Notes under the pieces: model-generated
Database searches by the model: none
The model's input: the letters and a program-made list of their open reading frames with translations, nothing else
Told to the model about the DNA's origin: nothing
Program-made: the position numbers and the translations under genes
Part shown: piece by piece, positions 26,401 through 39,060 of the stretch
How positions within the stretch are numbered: the stretch's first letter is position 1
Layout of the letters: each line of letters begins with the position of its first letter
Assembly: GCA_038496445.1 (NCBI GenBank)
Contig: JALMLS010000354.1
Coordinates: forward strand, 496,001 to 560,000
DNA: 64,000 nt
Reading direction: 5' to 3'
From: Trichosphaerium sp. ATCC 40318
Lineage: Eukaryota > Protista > Tubulinea

Positions 26401-26761
26401 CTGCTTCTTCTTCTGTTGAGTCTGAATTAATAGTTAGACAGCGTAAACTACGTCATAATTACATACTTGTTCCTTTGTAGATAATTTCTACCCTGTACCG
26501 CTCTGCCCCAATGAGGAAACCTCCTCTTTCAGGCAACCCAGAATTAACCTGAAAAAAGTTAGAGAAAGTAAAAATCACGTGGTGTCTGAAGATCTTTTGT
26601 TCTCGTACATTCTCTGCCCATAGCTCGTAACCATTTCTGTTCATTTGCCCAACTAGAGTGTTTACAAAACCACTGACAGGGTACAGTGCGCCAATACGAA
26701 AAACAGGCATAGTAGCTACTGCTACAACACATAATGCCAGAAGCAGCGCTTTTGTTGTCAT
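23434..26761 (-). CDS. Class C (GABA-B-like) GPCR with periplasmic-binding-fold ectodomain
   Basis: Signal peptide, FRIGALYPVSG ectodomain, YRNHQIVRASQPIF, LFARIYRIAQIF, LMTVWTIVSP, coiled-coil tail. Confidence 0.85.
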
Positions 26762-27686
26762 TGTTTAGCAGCTATTGAAGTATTTGCGCTAGAAGTTTAT
26801 TTGTAGGTATGTTTAATTTCCTCTAGAGATAACCAGCGATGAGTTGTGGAGTACACACGAGAGAATTGTTTGTGGTTAAGCCTTGTGTTACAGGGATTAA
26901 AAAAACTGTGAAATTTAAATAAATTTGGTGTAGCAATTGTACCTTGGTGAAGTAAAGCAATACTTAGGCACTTGCGCATTTTTTGTTAATCTGTACAATT
27001 TTTAGCACTGTATTATTTAGGAAAGGCGATTAAATTTCTCTTTTATTCCCGTAGACCTATATCAAGGCGTTTGATGGTGCTTCATGAAAAAATAGAAGTT
27101 ATTTTACATTAAATCACTTTGAACACTTTTATAGCTGAAAGTAAACTCGCCGTTAGTTCTTCTTTGTCACGTGTAATTTTTCTATTGAAGCGATCAAAAG
27201 GGTACATTTTTTACATTGTCAGAAAACCAACGAACGTTCTGGCGCTTCCACACGCATAATTCAGTTCTCTACGCACATTACTTGATATTATAAATTCTTC
27301 TGTGTAATAAAAAAAATTGTACCTATCCGGACATATTAATCGTCCGTATGATGCATTTTTCGTTACGTAGAAGGATTATTACGGTTTAATCCTTTATGTC
27401 ACAATTGTAGAGCCTTGGTGAGAAGAACGTATTTCAAACCGTTCAGGCGGAGTACATATGTGAGTCACTACTGCACTACGTTAACCATTCCGCTCAATTT
27501 GTTATTGTTAAGAATTCTGGAACACAGCTTGAAAAAACTTACAAAAAAGGGGCAGTTATGAAAAGTCTGGCGAAAATAATAGTTTGATGGTTGGCTTAAA
27601 GCCTAGCTACTGTGCCACACAGATCAAATTTAGCGCGTTTGAAACTGGTTGCGTATAAAAAGAAACTTGAACGGTTGGTGTCTAAT

Positions 27687-30600
27687 TTACATTGTACTGA
27701 CAGTTACATCAACTCTATTGATTTGCGCCCTTTTTCTACGAGCAACTTCTTGCTAAAAATAAACCAGTAAGCCACAACCAGTACTTACAAATTAAACGTA
27801 CAATATTGTGTAAGTCCCAGCGTGTTATAATACCAGCAACTTTATTTGAACGCGTCACTAAGCAAAGGGTTTTAGTTTTTTTTTGTGGAAAGATTTTTGG
27901 GGTTTTGTGTTCTTCGTACCAACAACAAGATGTCTTAATCCCATAGTTCTGAATAGTCTAAAAACCCTTAATAGTGTATAATGTTTACCAACAGTATAAG
28001 GCATCGTATTCATATATGGAGCAAGATCAATATGTTTGTTTTTATCACTGTCCGTTAGACTAACTGTATCTAATGATGGGAATCTTGGATACTCCTCCAA
28101 GAAGTCTTCAACCTTAAGTTGTGCTTGGTAATAGTTTCTATGTATAGCTTGGAGTTCTTCAGCATCAATGAATTCTTTCTTTTGTAGAATCTTAACAAGC
28201 TGATACCTGTAATATCGCATGTCAATTTATAACAAAGTAAAGAAGAAAAAAAAACCGAACAAACCTTAAAATTATTCCTCTAAAATTGCCTGCAGTATCA
28301 GTTACGGGAAATCCACTGTGTGATGTATTTTGAAGCATCTTTGGGAATAGGTTAATATAAAGCTACGAATGCTACCAAATAATGGACGTTTGAATGCATT
28401 GGGCAACAAGAACTGTAAAAAATTTAAAACAATGACGTACAGAATATACAGTACTAACAGGCAAGACTTCACGAACTACATGACAGCCCTTACTCATTAC
28501 ATCAGCAGCTGTAAATTTTCTCATCCTAAAATCTGCTTTCCAGTGCATGAAAGGAATATCCTTGAACTCTTTTAGCTTAAAAACACGCAACTTGAACGAT
28601 ATTTTTGTCTGCTACAAAATGGCAATTGAACAACCTTGGTTTTGGCCTACCTTAAGCTCAATATGCTCATCGTAGATGCCTTGCGTAAACAAGTCACCTA
28701 CCCATTTTGCGACCAAAAGTACTATCATAATAGGCACACCATAAGTTAAATCTAGACAAAAGTAAATAAGATTCAACAAAACAATAGAAAAGAAGTGAGC
28801 AATCTTACCATTGGTTGATTCAAGCATGATAACAGTGAGGGATCTAGGTTATAATAAGCGAAATTATTGTCACTATAGAAAATAAACTTATTACATAGTC
28901 ATGCGTACACAGCCACCTAAAAAGGAGGCTGCACCTATCAAAGCAAAAGTTCCTGCGTCTGCACCAAGCCCTGGAATAAAATGTATAACAATATTACCAA
29001 CTAAGCGACCCAACGTTGCTCCAGTTAACATACAAGGAACAAACCTAGAAAAAAATGAGCCAATAAAACAGCACGAAGTCAAATGGACTTACAGACCGGA
29101 TGGTACAGATATACCGTAAGTGATACATGTCAACAAGAAAAAAACAATAAGAAATAATCCAAGCGTTAAAGGATTGAATATCTCTTCACTATCTTCAGCA
29201 TGAAAAAGCATGAAAATCGCATCTTCTTGTGTAGTAAAGAATATTGTTGCCATATCATTATAATATCCCTTGTTTTTTTGATAAGCATGTGATACACGTG
29301 ATAATTAAAACAAAAGAGGAAAAAAAATTCCAAAAAATACTAAGAGTTTTAGCCGGTGCTGCTGATGCCGCATAGCAAAGAGATAACTTACTGTTGGACA
29401 ATAAAACTGGAATCTAGTGAATTCTAAATTCTTAGTTTGACTAGAAGAAGGAAGAGGCCTTAAAAGAGTTTAAGTCTTTTAACATTTATGATTGATAAAG
29501 ATTGAAGATCGTACTTGCACTCGTGAAAGTAATAAGATAACCAAAATGATAAACATGCTGTCAACAAACCAATAACAATCGCCTACAATACCATTAAGCG
29601 CACATGTGGAAAATAACGGGTCATTGTTTGCTACCTCTATGAAGCGACCGTATTTCCATGTTATGTATTTGTTACGTAATTTACTTATACGTAAGTTAAT
29701 GAACACTAAAAGAGCGCCAGCTAAGCCACCCAATATGCCAATCAAAACAAAAAATGGAAGCATTTGGATAGTCCATCCATGGTTATTCTGCTGTGTGAAA
29801 TCGCCGAAATTGGTGAGCCCTTTTTGTTTGTTAAACCGTTGTATTCGCTTAAAATAATATACCTGGTGATGTAAGAACTCCCCAAGTTCCTGTACTTCCA
29901 GATAAGAGAAAATTTAGTGTAAAGGTGGATGTCATGGAACAAAAGAAAGAACGCCAAGTCAGCGACTAAAACTAGCATTAACATCAAACAGAGTCCTTTG
30001 TCGTACTTGGTTCCAGAATGATGCTCCTTCTTCCAAACTAAATAAAACACCTCCAATTGGTGCTCCAAAAGCTGCAGCAACACCAGCAGCTGCACCACCA
30101 GAAACAAAATCACGTTTTTCATGATCATTGTGAAAGTATTTCAAAACATCTAACAAAGAGTGTAAGAAAAAAGACAACGTATTGTGCAGTCATATACTTG
30201 TTTCATAGCATGGGAAGGTTGCTGATTTTCCTTGACTAATACCAGCAGCAACAATAGCACCACTGTGAATCATAGGACCTTCTTTTCCTACAGCTAAACC
30301 ACCAGATACTGAAAATAGTACACCTATTGCCTTTGCAAATAACGTTTTCATTCTAGCCACGTGAGGAACCTTAATACCGTTCAAATAGCTTTTTATCTCT
30401 GGTATTCCAGAACCTCCAGCAACAGGCTAATAGGCTTAATTAACAAAACACCAAACACTTCAACTGAAAAAAAAAAATCAAAAAAAAACACGTGCCTCAA
30501 TGATGGCTACAAGATAACTAGCACAAGCAACCAATGCCCCATTAATTGTCAAGTAAGCCAAAAATGGTGGCCAAACACATACTTTACATTTAGAAACTTG

Positions 30601-31097
30601 AGAAGTCAAGGAAGTCAAAAAAAAAAACAAAAGTAAGAAGCTTTTTTTAGGTTTTCTGTTTCGGAAGTGGCAATGTCCAAAAAAGGTCGGATACGCAGTT
30701 CATTGACAACCCAGAATTTTCCTTTTACTATATACTTAACACCCATATCTATACCGTAAGCTATAACTGCTGTAAAGACGCCGATGAGGAATGAAAGGAC
30801 CCAACGATAGAACTCTTGTCTGAGATACCACTATTTTCGATTTTGAGAAAAGTCGTTTTAACAATCCAGTTGTACTCACCGATCTTGTTTTGCTTGCCAG
30901 GTCTTTTCTATACACCTCATTCTCTATATCATCGTAGTTTAAGCTCTGATTCGTACGTTACAATTTTATTTTCTTAAACAGCTTCTAATTAGGCGTACGT
31001 CGTATATTTTGTTAACATTAGCGTGCTCTTTAGAGCTAGAGGTGCCATCAGTGTTTATTAGAGGTGAAATATCTTCATCTAGTTCTGAAGCACTCAT
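27687..31097 (-). CDS. CLC-6/7-type chloride/proton exchanger with CBS domains
   Basis: [56 protein letters not shown]. Confidence 0.95.
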
Positions 31098-31336
31098 TAG
31101 TGCTGGATTTTGTTTCTGTTCGTGTAGGTGAGCGATGATAAACAAAATAAGCGTGTGTAGCATTGTTTGCTAACAGCATCAGACACATATCGATGTTCAC
31201 GTACGTATTCTAAAACTAGTGCTTGTGCGTACTTCACCACAACATACAAACGGAATACGTCAAAATGTTAAAATTGACATGTTGGTCTATCAATTTCTTC
31301 ATTTTTGTTTGAACAGGCGAGCAGATTGCTCTTGTT

Positions 31337-34300
31337 ATGGACTACATTGACATACACAAGGCGATTTTTGAGGTAACTGACCCAAAATACCTAAAATCGC
31401 CTGTACCACTGGCATTATACCAAGGGTATGTTAATTACGCATGTATTATGACTCTAATATAATAAAAGTCGAAAAAAACCGACACCAGTGCGTTATGCTC
31501 CACACAAATTTTGTAAGAACACAAATGACATTGCGCCTGTATCTGGGCGTAGCCCTGCAACACCAAAGCGGCCTCCGCCGTTAAACATGATGTACAGCCC
31601 ACAACCTCGTGTGGTACGCAATAGCAAGCCATTATATACACTAACGTGCGTTAAGCTTATGACTTACAATTCGCGCCAAGCACCAAAACCGGCGCAACAA
31701 ACACCAACGCCGTCTAAAAAGTCTAAACAGCCATTAAAAGCGCAAGAGGTATGATTTTTAACGATACATGAACGACATTTCTTTTCTGACTGACAGTAGG
31801 TTATTTCATCTAAGAAGAGCGCCGAGATACCAACCACGCCAATAAGAACACCACAGAGAGCGCGTACGAATTTTATATTAAAAATGATCGTCACAAAACC
31901 ACAAACCGATGTCTAGCGCCTTTGACTACTTCTTAGTCATCTAAATTAAGTGTTAACTTGTTTACTATAGCAGCTTTGAGTATTTCTCAATGTGTAGTCG
32001 AGGATGATGACATTTTGTTATCAGCAAGCGAAGATTCAGAAAAGGAAAAAAAAAATCAAAATGACAGCGTCAAAAATGTTTCTTCTTCTCTTCCTGCACC
32101 TTCTTCTTCTTCACATGCTACCTACATATCAAATAATGAAATACCATCAATAATAGACAACGACATGCCTATGCACACTGAATTAACAAAAAAGCAAGAA
32201 GAAAACGAAGATGACGATGATATCGTTATTCCAGCAACTCCAGAGAAGACTAGCACTTCAAAGAAAGAGAATGGATCTATATTTGATGGAGAAGAGTCAC
32301 AGGATGAGCAACCAGACTCTCAAGAAAGTGACGAAGAAATGGAGGACGCATCTATTCCACAAATGGCAGACTCGCCTTATAAACCAGCACCTAAACGCTC
32401 AATACCTCAGAATGCTTCTACAAAGCGTAGGCGTCTTGGTATGCCTATAAAAAGGACAAAAAGCGGTAGCGTTGGCGCTAAACTGAAGAAACCACTACAA
32501 GCAACAAAGAAACCTTCTCGACGTTTGTCTGTTAAATCAAGCGCAAAGAAACTTCCAAAGACGTATCTCAAAAAGACAGTGAGTAATTCCAAGAAGTCTG
32601 GTAAGCCAGTATGGCGCGCAGCCAAGTCAGGCATTACTGTTCTACCTAAGAGGAAGCCTTCATTACGCAGACATATGAAGCAATTGGAATCAGGTACCAA
32701 AGTCTTTTTTCTTCAAAGTATTTTTTTGAAGAAAATTTAATTGGTTGTTCCTCTTCTTCTAATGATGTGTTTAGGTTCTGATGACGAAATTGAGTTGGTG
32801 GATGATGCCATAGAGATTGATTATGATAGCACTGATAGTCAAGATGAGACGGCCATAGATGATTCAATGTTTCGAAAGAGTAAAGCAGATGGTACGATAA
32901 TTTTTTCAGTGTTTTTGACATAATTACTGAAAACTTTTTTAACATATTGCTTTAGAATCTTCACTTGAAGAAGATTTTATAGATTTAGAGGAGGAAGAAC
33001 ATGCTGTCAAAAGTACACATATAATCTTGTAAGGAGTGTACTCTAAATTCTTGATGTATTAGGGCGAAGAACTCTTGACGAAGACTTTGATATTTCTGAT
33101 GATAAAGAAGACGATGTCCCTTTGAAATCGAGCAATGACAGTGAATATGAACTTGATGATATGGATGAATGCAGTAGTGAAGGTATGGAGATTGGTAAAA
33201 AATGTTAAACAAATCTTTACAGTATTATAGATATTGAACAGCCTGAAGAACTTGTTGTCACGAAAAGAAAACAAACAAAAAAAGTTGCACCTAAAAAAAC
33301 AAAGCCAAAAGGTTTGCGGACTAGAGCACCAAGAGGAAAGGGTGCTAACAAAGCACCTCAACTAAAGACCACAATAGTCAAGAAGTCTGCTGCTAAAAAA
33401 GGTCCACCTAAGACGTACATAACTTATTTTCTTTGCTTACCAACTAAATGACTTTTTTTAGGATTCGTGTGAGAAAGCCAAAAGTACCTCTTGCTTCTGT
33501 TAGGCGATCTACGTATGCTCTTTTGTTGTATGTAATTTACTAATGGTTGTAATTTAGAAGGTTGGCAAAGGTAGAAAGCGAGTCATCTCAGTTATCTCAA
33601 GAGGTAGTGGAAGTTTCTAGTAAAAAAAGAAAACGTGCTTCAGCCGAAAGACAACAACCACGCAAAAAGGCTAAGGCTCCTACAACTGCTAAGAATACTG
33701 ATAAACCCAAAGGAGGTCATAAGCCTCCTATAACTCTACGTAATTGGCATATTCAACTACGAGCTGATGCAGATAGTAATTATCTAATGGTTTGTTTCAG
33801 CAAAAGGTTATTCATTATTGACATCTTTCTTCTTTAGGTTGAAGGCTTCCGTTCTGATATTGAAAAACAGTGGCACAGTAGTCGTATTGTTTATCGTGAG
33901 AGCAGTGATGTTGTCACTACAAAGTCTGGTACGAGACTGTTACAACTCGTGTACCTTTGTAGTTATTTATTTTCTTCTTTTTCTTTGACGTCTTTGTTGT
34001 ATTTTAACTCTATTCTTTGCTAGGTACACGATACGTTCTTCAAGGTACTATTGATAGTGATAAGTGCCGAGAAGAAGGTTTAGATGATTATTGTATTGCA
34101 CAGTTCCGTAATGGCTTTCCTGGAACGTGGAAGTCTTTCTTAAACATACATGAAGGTTTGTCAACTTGAAGGGTTTTTTTTTAGAGGGGATCATCTTTTG
34201 TTGATTACCTTCCTGGTTTAGGTGCTAAGAGTGACTCTGATCCTAAGTTTGAAGATATGGAAGTTGATGTTGAGCAGGCACCTAAAAAGAGTGATGCAAA

Positions 34301-36133
34301 GAAACCGTCAACGAAACCTAAAAAAGCGCCAGTCGCTCGTAAAACAGCAAGAAGAAAAAGGTACCTAATTTTTTTGTTCGTACTTTGTTTTGAGTTTGGT
34401 GGCGTTTACTGACTATTTTAAAGCGTTAAAACACCTAAAAATAAGGCTACCGTAGCTTTAGAACCTACCTCAGGTCCAGGTGTCTTTAAAAAGCCGACAA
34501 CTGTTGCGTACGTTGCATTTCGTTCAGCTAAAAAAAGGCTGAGGATGAACTAAAATGTAACTTACATTTTCTTAGGCGGAAGAGAGCACGGCGGCGTCCT
34601 AAGACCCCAAAGAGTCTTGGAGTCAAAAAAATAGCAAATGAGCATACAGCACGTTCACCAGGTTCCTTATCAGCAGACGTACGTTGTTTTGATGTAGATA
34701 TTTTTTTTTTGTTACTTACTTTGTTTCAGGATTTTACAAAAAGTCGATATGGTCGTCCTCGTGTACCACCTCTAGCATATTGGTGTAACCAAACAGTAAG
34801 ACACGATGTATATGGTAATATGATAGAGGTGACAAGTGGTTCATCACCTACAAGTACGTATCACACCGTTTTTTGTTACTGACCTCTTTCTCTTTTTTTT
34901 TGTTTTAATATGTTGTTGCAGCGATAAGTCCTTCTGTATCTTCGAGGAGGAAGAGAAAGTCGGCCCCTAAAAAAGGTAAAGCTAAAGCTAAGAAAGGCAA
35001 AGGTGGTAAATCCCCTCCTTATAAGCCATTACACTCACCTGACAGCATGAAAAAGGAAAAATGGTCGGCAAAGGTACAGTTGATTTATTCATGTTATTAA
35101 CACTAAAACGTTTCAAGCAAATTGCTGCTTTAGAGAAAGCTCATGCTTCTACTGATCCTGCAAATCCACAATTTTGGACTGTTGTTGGCCGATCTGTACC
35201 TGGGAAAACGGCGATGCAGTGCGTTCATAGGTGGAACTCTGTTTTTAGTACACCTATAAAAAAAACAACAAAAAGTAAGTCAGACTGTTTGCTTGTCACC
35301 TCTTTTCTAGTCAATGCTATCAACGTTTTGAGGTCTCTAACTAATTTAGGAGGTCGTAGAAAGTCCCTATCGCCTATTAATATTGATGCAAAAGCTGCAT
35401 CGCGAAAGACTGCAAAACATAAAAGAAAAATAAGAAAACTTGTTAATGAAGTTGACGCAAAACACACAGAAGATGCATTTGATAGTACTCCTCTAAAACA
35501 ACGTTTTGGTGATATTGATGAAGATTCTTCTTCATCAAGTGATGATGCTGACGATAGTCAGTCCTTGTTTAAAGATTTTACAGATGTTGTCTCTCCTGCA
35601 TCATCAAAAGGTGGATCTCCAAAAACATCAGTATGTACCTCTTTTGAACAATTTTATGGATACCATGTATACCTATGTGCTGGCGTTTTTGCAAAATTAA
35701 ATGCTTGTTTTAATGGTTTATATTAGGTCAATTCTCCTGGGTTACTCAAAGGTATTACAGAGCGCCGTGAAAAAGTAGACGGGTACGATCAAAAAATTTT
35801 GCTTTTTTTTCTTTTTTTTGAATGTGTTTGGTCTTTTGTTGCCTTGTTGCCTTTGAGGCATTGATTATTTTTAGATATATTAATCGGTTACAACGTGGTA
35901 AGACTACATTGAGGAGATCTCCAAGAAAGAACAAAGGAAAAAGAAGAGCACCAAGGAATGTTTATAGTCATGGAAACTTTGAACAACAAGCTGTTGATGC
36001 AATGACTGCACTTGAGAAGAAGCAAAATAAACTGAATGAGCGTCAAGAGCGCGATATTGATAGTGATGATAGCGGTGGAGAGGAAGACGAGGAATATAGT
36101 AGCGATGATAGCGCTCGGTCGATGGATTTTTGA
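31337..36133 (+). CDS. KNL2: KNL2 / M18BP1 (Mis18-binding protein 1), centromere licensing factor
   Basis: SANTA domain (LRNWHI...VEGF...WHSSRIV...GTRYVLQG...FRNGFPGTW), CENP-C-like motif SRYGRPRVPPLAYWCNQ, SANT/Myb domain (FWTVVGRSVPGKTAMQC). Start is approximate. Confidence 0.88.
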
Positions 36134-36319
36134 TTACAATCCACTTTTTTTTTTCCTTAATTGTAGATACATGTACACTAGTTAAATAACAAAACAAAAT
36201 ACACCCTACGCAACGTTGCTAGTTTTCTTACGACGAGTCGTTGTTCTGGCTGCAAATGAATCGCGTGGTCTTGGTTGGTCATCAACGGTTTTTGTACTGT
36301 ACAAAAACAACTCTACAAC

Positions 36320-38510
36320 ATGTTGGCTGCATTAAAGAATAGGAAAGCTTTGAAAAAGACTGCTCCGCCTAAAGATAAGACCAAAAGACCACCAAAGGAT
36401 GTAAAAGGTGTTTATTATTGGTTTAATAGCGTTGAAGGTGCTTTTGAACGTACGGTTTAACGTTTTAAATTGAATAAGACATTAACGGGTTTAGCAACAC
36501 AATGGACTGATCAAAAGGATCTCATGAACTCTTTATTCAGTAAGGAGGACGTTCGTTGCGTACTTGTTGACTTCTTCGCGTACAGCTGTACAAACTGTAT
36601 CAGAACTATCCCAGTACTCAAGTCATTGCATGAGAAGTACCATAAGCACGGTATGGATGTCTTTTGTATAAAATGTACTAAACCGCTCAAAAGGTCTACG
36701 TATCGTTGCATTCCATCGTCCAGAGTTCGCTTTTGAGCATGACGCGTTCAATATGGTTGATTTTATTAAACGGAGCAACATTGAGTATATGGTCGGCCTA
36801 GATAACGAAGATAAGGCCTGGAACGCTTGGGGGGTTCGTAGCTTTACAAAAAGCACCCAACACTGTCAGTCCTGATTTTTTTCTTTCCTTTTTTAGGTGG
36901 AGTTTTGGCCTCAACACTTTGTTGTGACTAGAGATGGTGACAATAAGTTAAAGATATCTTACTCTCATTTCGGAGACAGAAATCATCATAACCTTGAACA
37001 ACATATTGTCAATAACCTTCTCAAAGGTACAAAGGAATAGACAGGATAGTTTAGTTTTTTTTAAAAGTCACGTGATTTTGTTATTGATTGGTTGTAGGCG
37101 CAAATAACCCAAAAATAGCACCTATGAACCATGAAGTTTATTATGATGCTGAGATCTTTTTGGGTAAAGGTCATCGCGCAAAGAATACGTCCGCTTCTGG
37201 TAGTCACTGTGACGAGGGCGCTTGCAAAATTCAGACCAAAGGAAGTATTGGTTTCGAAGGCAAAATGGCAAAAAGGGATGACAAAAAGTAAGTTATTACT
37301 TTTGCTTTATTATGACTCAATTTACTTATATTCGTTGTAGAACATTTACTGTCTATGGAGCCGCTTGGTGTAAGTATTGTCGCACAGCTAAGCTACTATT
37401 AAAAGCGGTATGTTGAGAGTGTTAGTTTGAGGGAGCTGAATGTTTACTTAGCTTAATGTTTCGTTCGATTTTATTGATATGGATGCATTTGGTGGACCAA
37501 AAGCTGTTAGAAACTACTTAATTAACACCGAGAAGTCAATACCAGAAACGCATACAACAATTCCTGTCATTTTTAACGAGGTACATTCACAAACTGTCGA
37601 AAAAAAAAATTATAAACAATACTGTAGGGTAAGTTTATCGGCGGTTTTACGGATTTAGAAACTCTGTTGAGACAGAATGGTACTCTCAAGGACGACTCCG
37701 TTTTAGAAAAAGTGCAAAAACAAGTCAACGAGAGCCTTATAGAGTTCAATAAACCTAGAACTGCAGCAACTATAAAAGTTGATGATACATGTACGTAAAA
37801 AAAATTTCAGTTCAACTCTTTGTTCGATTTACTTACCCCCTTTGTTACAGCCATGTGGGATACAAATGATGAATGTATGATTGCTAAATGCGATAATGCA
37901 TCTTTCAATGTTCAATTCAACATGGAGTCCGATGGAGCCAATGTGACAATGTTCATTGTTGGTGAACCACCAAAGAAAAAAGAAACTTCTGAGGCTCATG
38001 AAGCTTTATACGCCAAACAAAAGCAAGGTGCCTCAAGTGTCATTTTTAATAATGATAATACAATTTCAATGGATGGAAGCCCATATGAGTGCAAGGGAAA
38101 TACCTTTGAGGCGAAAACTATCGTGTACGTTGCAATCGTGTTTTTTTCTTAATTTTTTTTATCTTATACTTGCACTCCTTGTTAGTTTGTTCAAGTCGAC
38201 TTTTACCTTCTACATTGCTGTATCATAACATATTGTTATAAAAAATCATATCTTTTAATTCTTTTTTTATCACCATTTGGTGAGAGGTTAACCGGAATCG
38301 GAATTTGAATTAAGGTTGATTTGTAGGTGTAAACAAAACGATGTTGATGATGTTAAAGTACCTTTAAGTTTCGCTGATAGACACTTTGTATACACATTCA
38401 AGAATAAGAATACATCTATCAAATCATGTGTAGGAGAGTGTAAGCTATACTTTGAGAGCGGATCAAGGATATATGTCGTATACCTCACATCTGAGCCTTA
38501 CACCAAATAA
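36320..38510 (+). CDS. DipZ-like thioredoxin-fold redoxin fused to glutaredoxin
   Basis: LVDFFAYSCTNCIRTIP...HRPEFAFEH...WP resembles DipZ. WCKYC...TIPVIF...IGGFTDL is a glutaredoxin signature. Confidence 0.85.
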
Positions 38511-39060
38511 AACACTATTTTTTTTTTGAAAAAAACAGAAAATTTTATCAACTCGCCTAGAATTGACTTTGTGCACTTACAAGCACTTTCTTATAGCTTT
38601 TCGTAACATATCATTCAACTACTACCTTGAGCCATTGCTGAAACAAGAACGTGCTCAAACAATTGTTCTACTCTACGTCCTGGAATCCATGGAATCATAT
38701 TTAATTTAAATATCCTTACAAAATTAGTTCAGTGGTTTCCGTAAAGTGTTACCTTTTCTCTAGTTACATTAATATTTACTACGAGATGTCACACTTTTCA
38801 AGCGCTTGGTTGGACTAGAAAAGACTGATAATACAAAGTCAGACACGATTGATCGAACAATGGCGAGTAGCAAACAATAAAGCCTACAATATTTTGTCTT
38901 TTTGTAAAACTGCTTTTTCGTTTTTCTTTCAACAACATTGCATATCACATGAGTGTCTAAAATGTAGGATAAGTTGGCTTGAGTGGCTACGCCAGAGCCA
39001 TGACAGACTGGGTGTCTTTCCTCGCAGAGCCCTTGACTGCATTGTCAATGCCAGTCCAAT

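Noticed and set aside
31337-36133. Link between CDEI-like TCACGTG sites, KNL2 and a point centromere
   Set aside because: The motif is dispersed across the window, absent from the KNL2 locus, and has no CDEII/CDEIII-like context.
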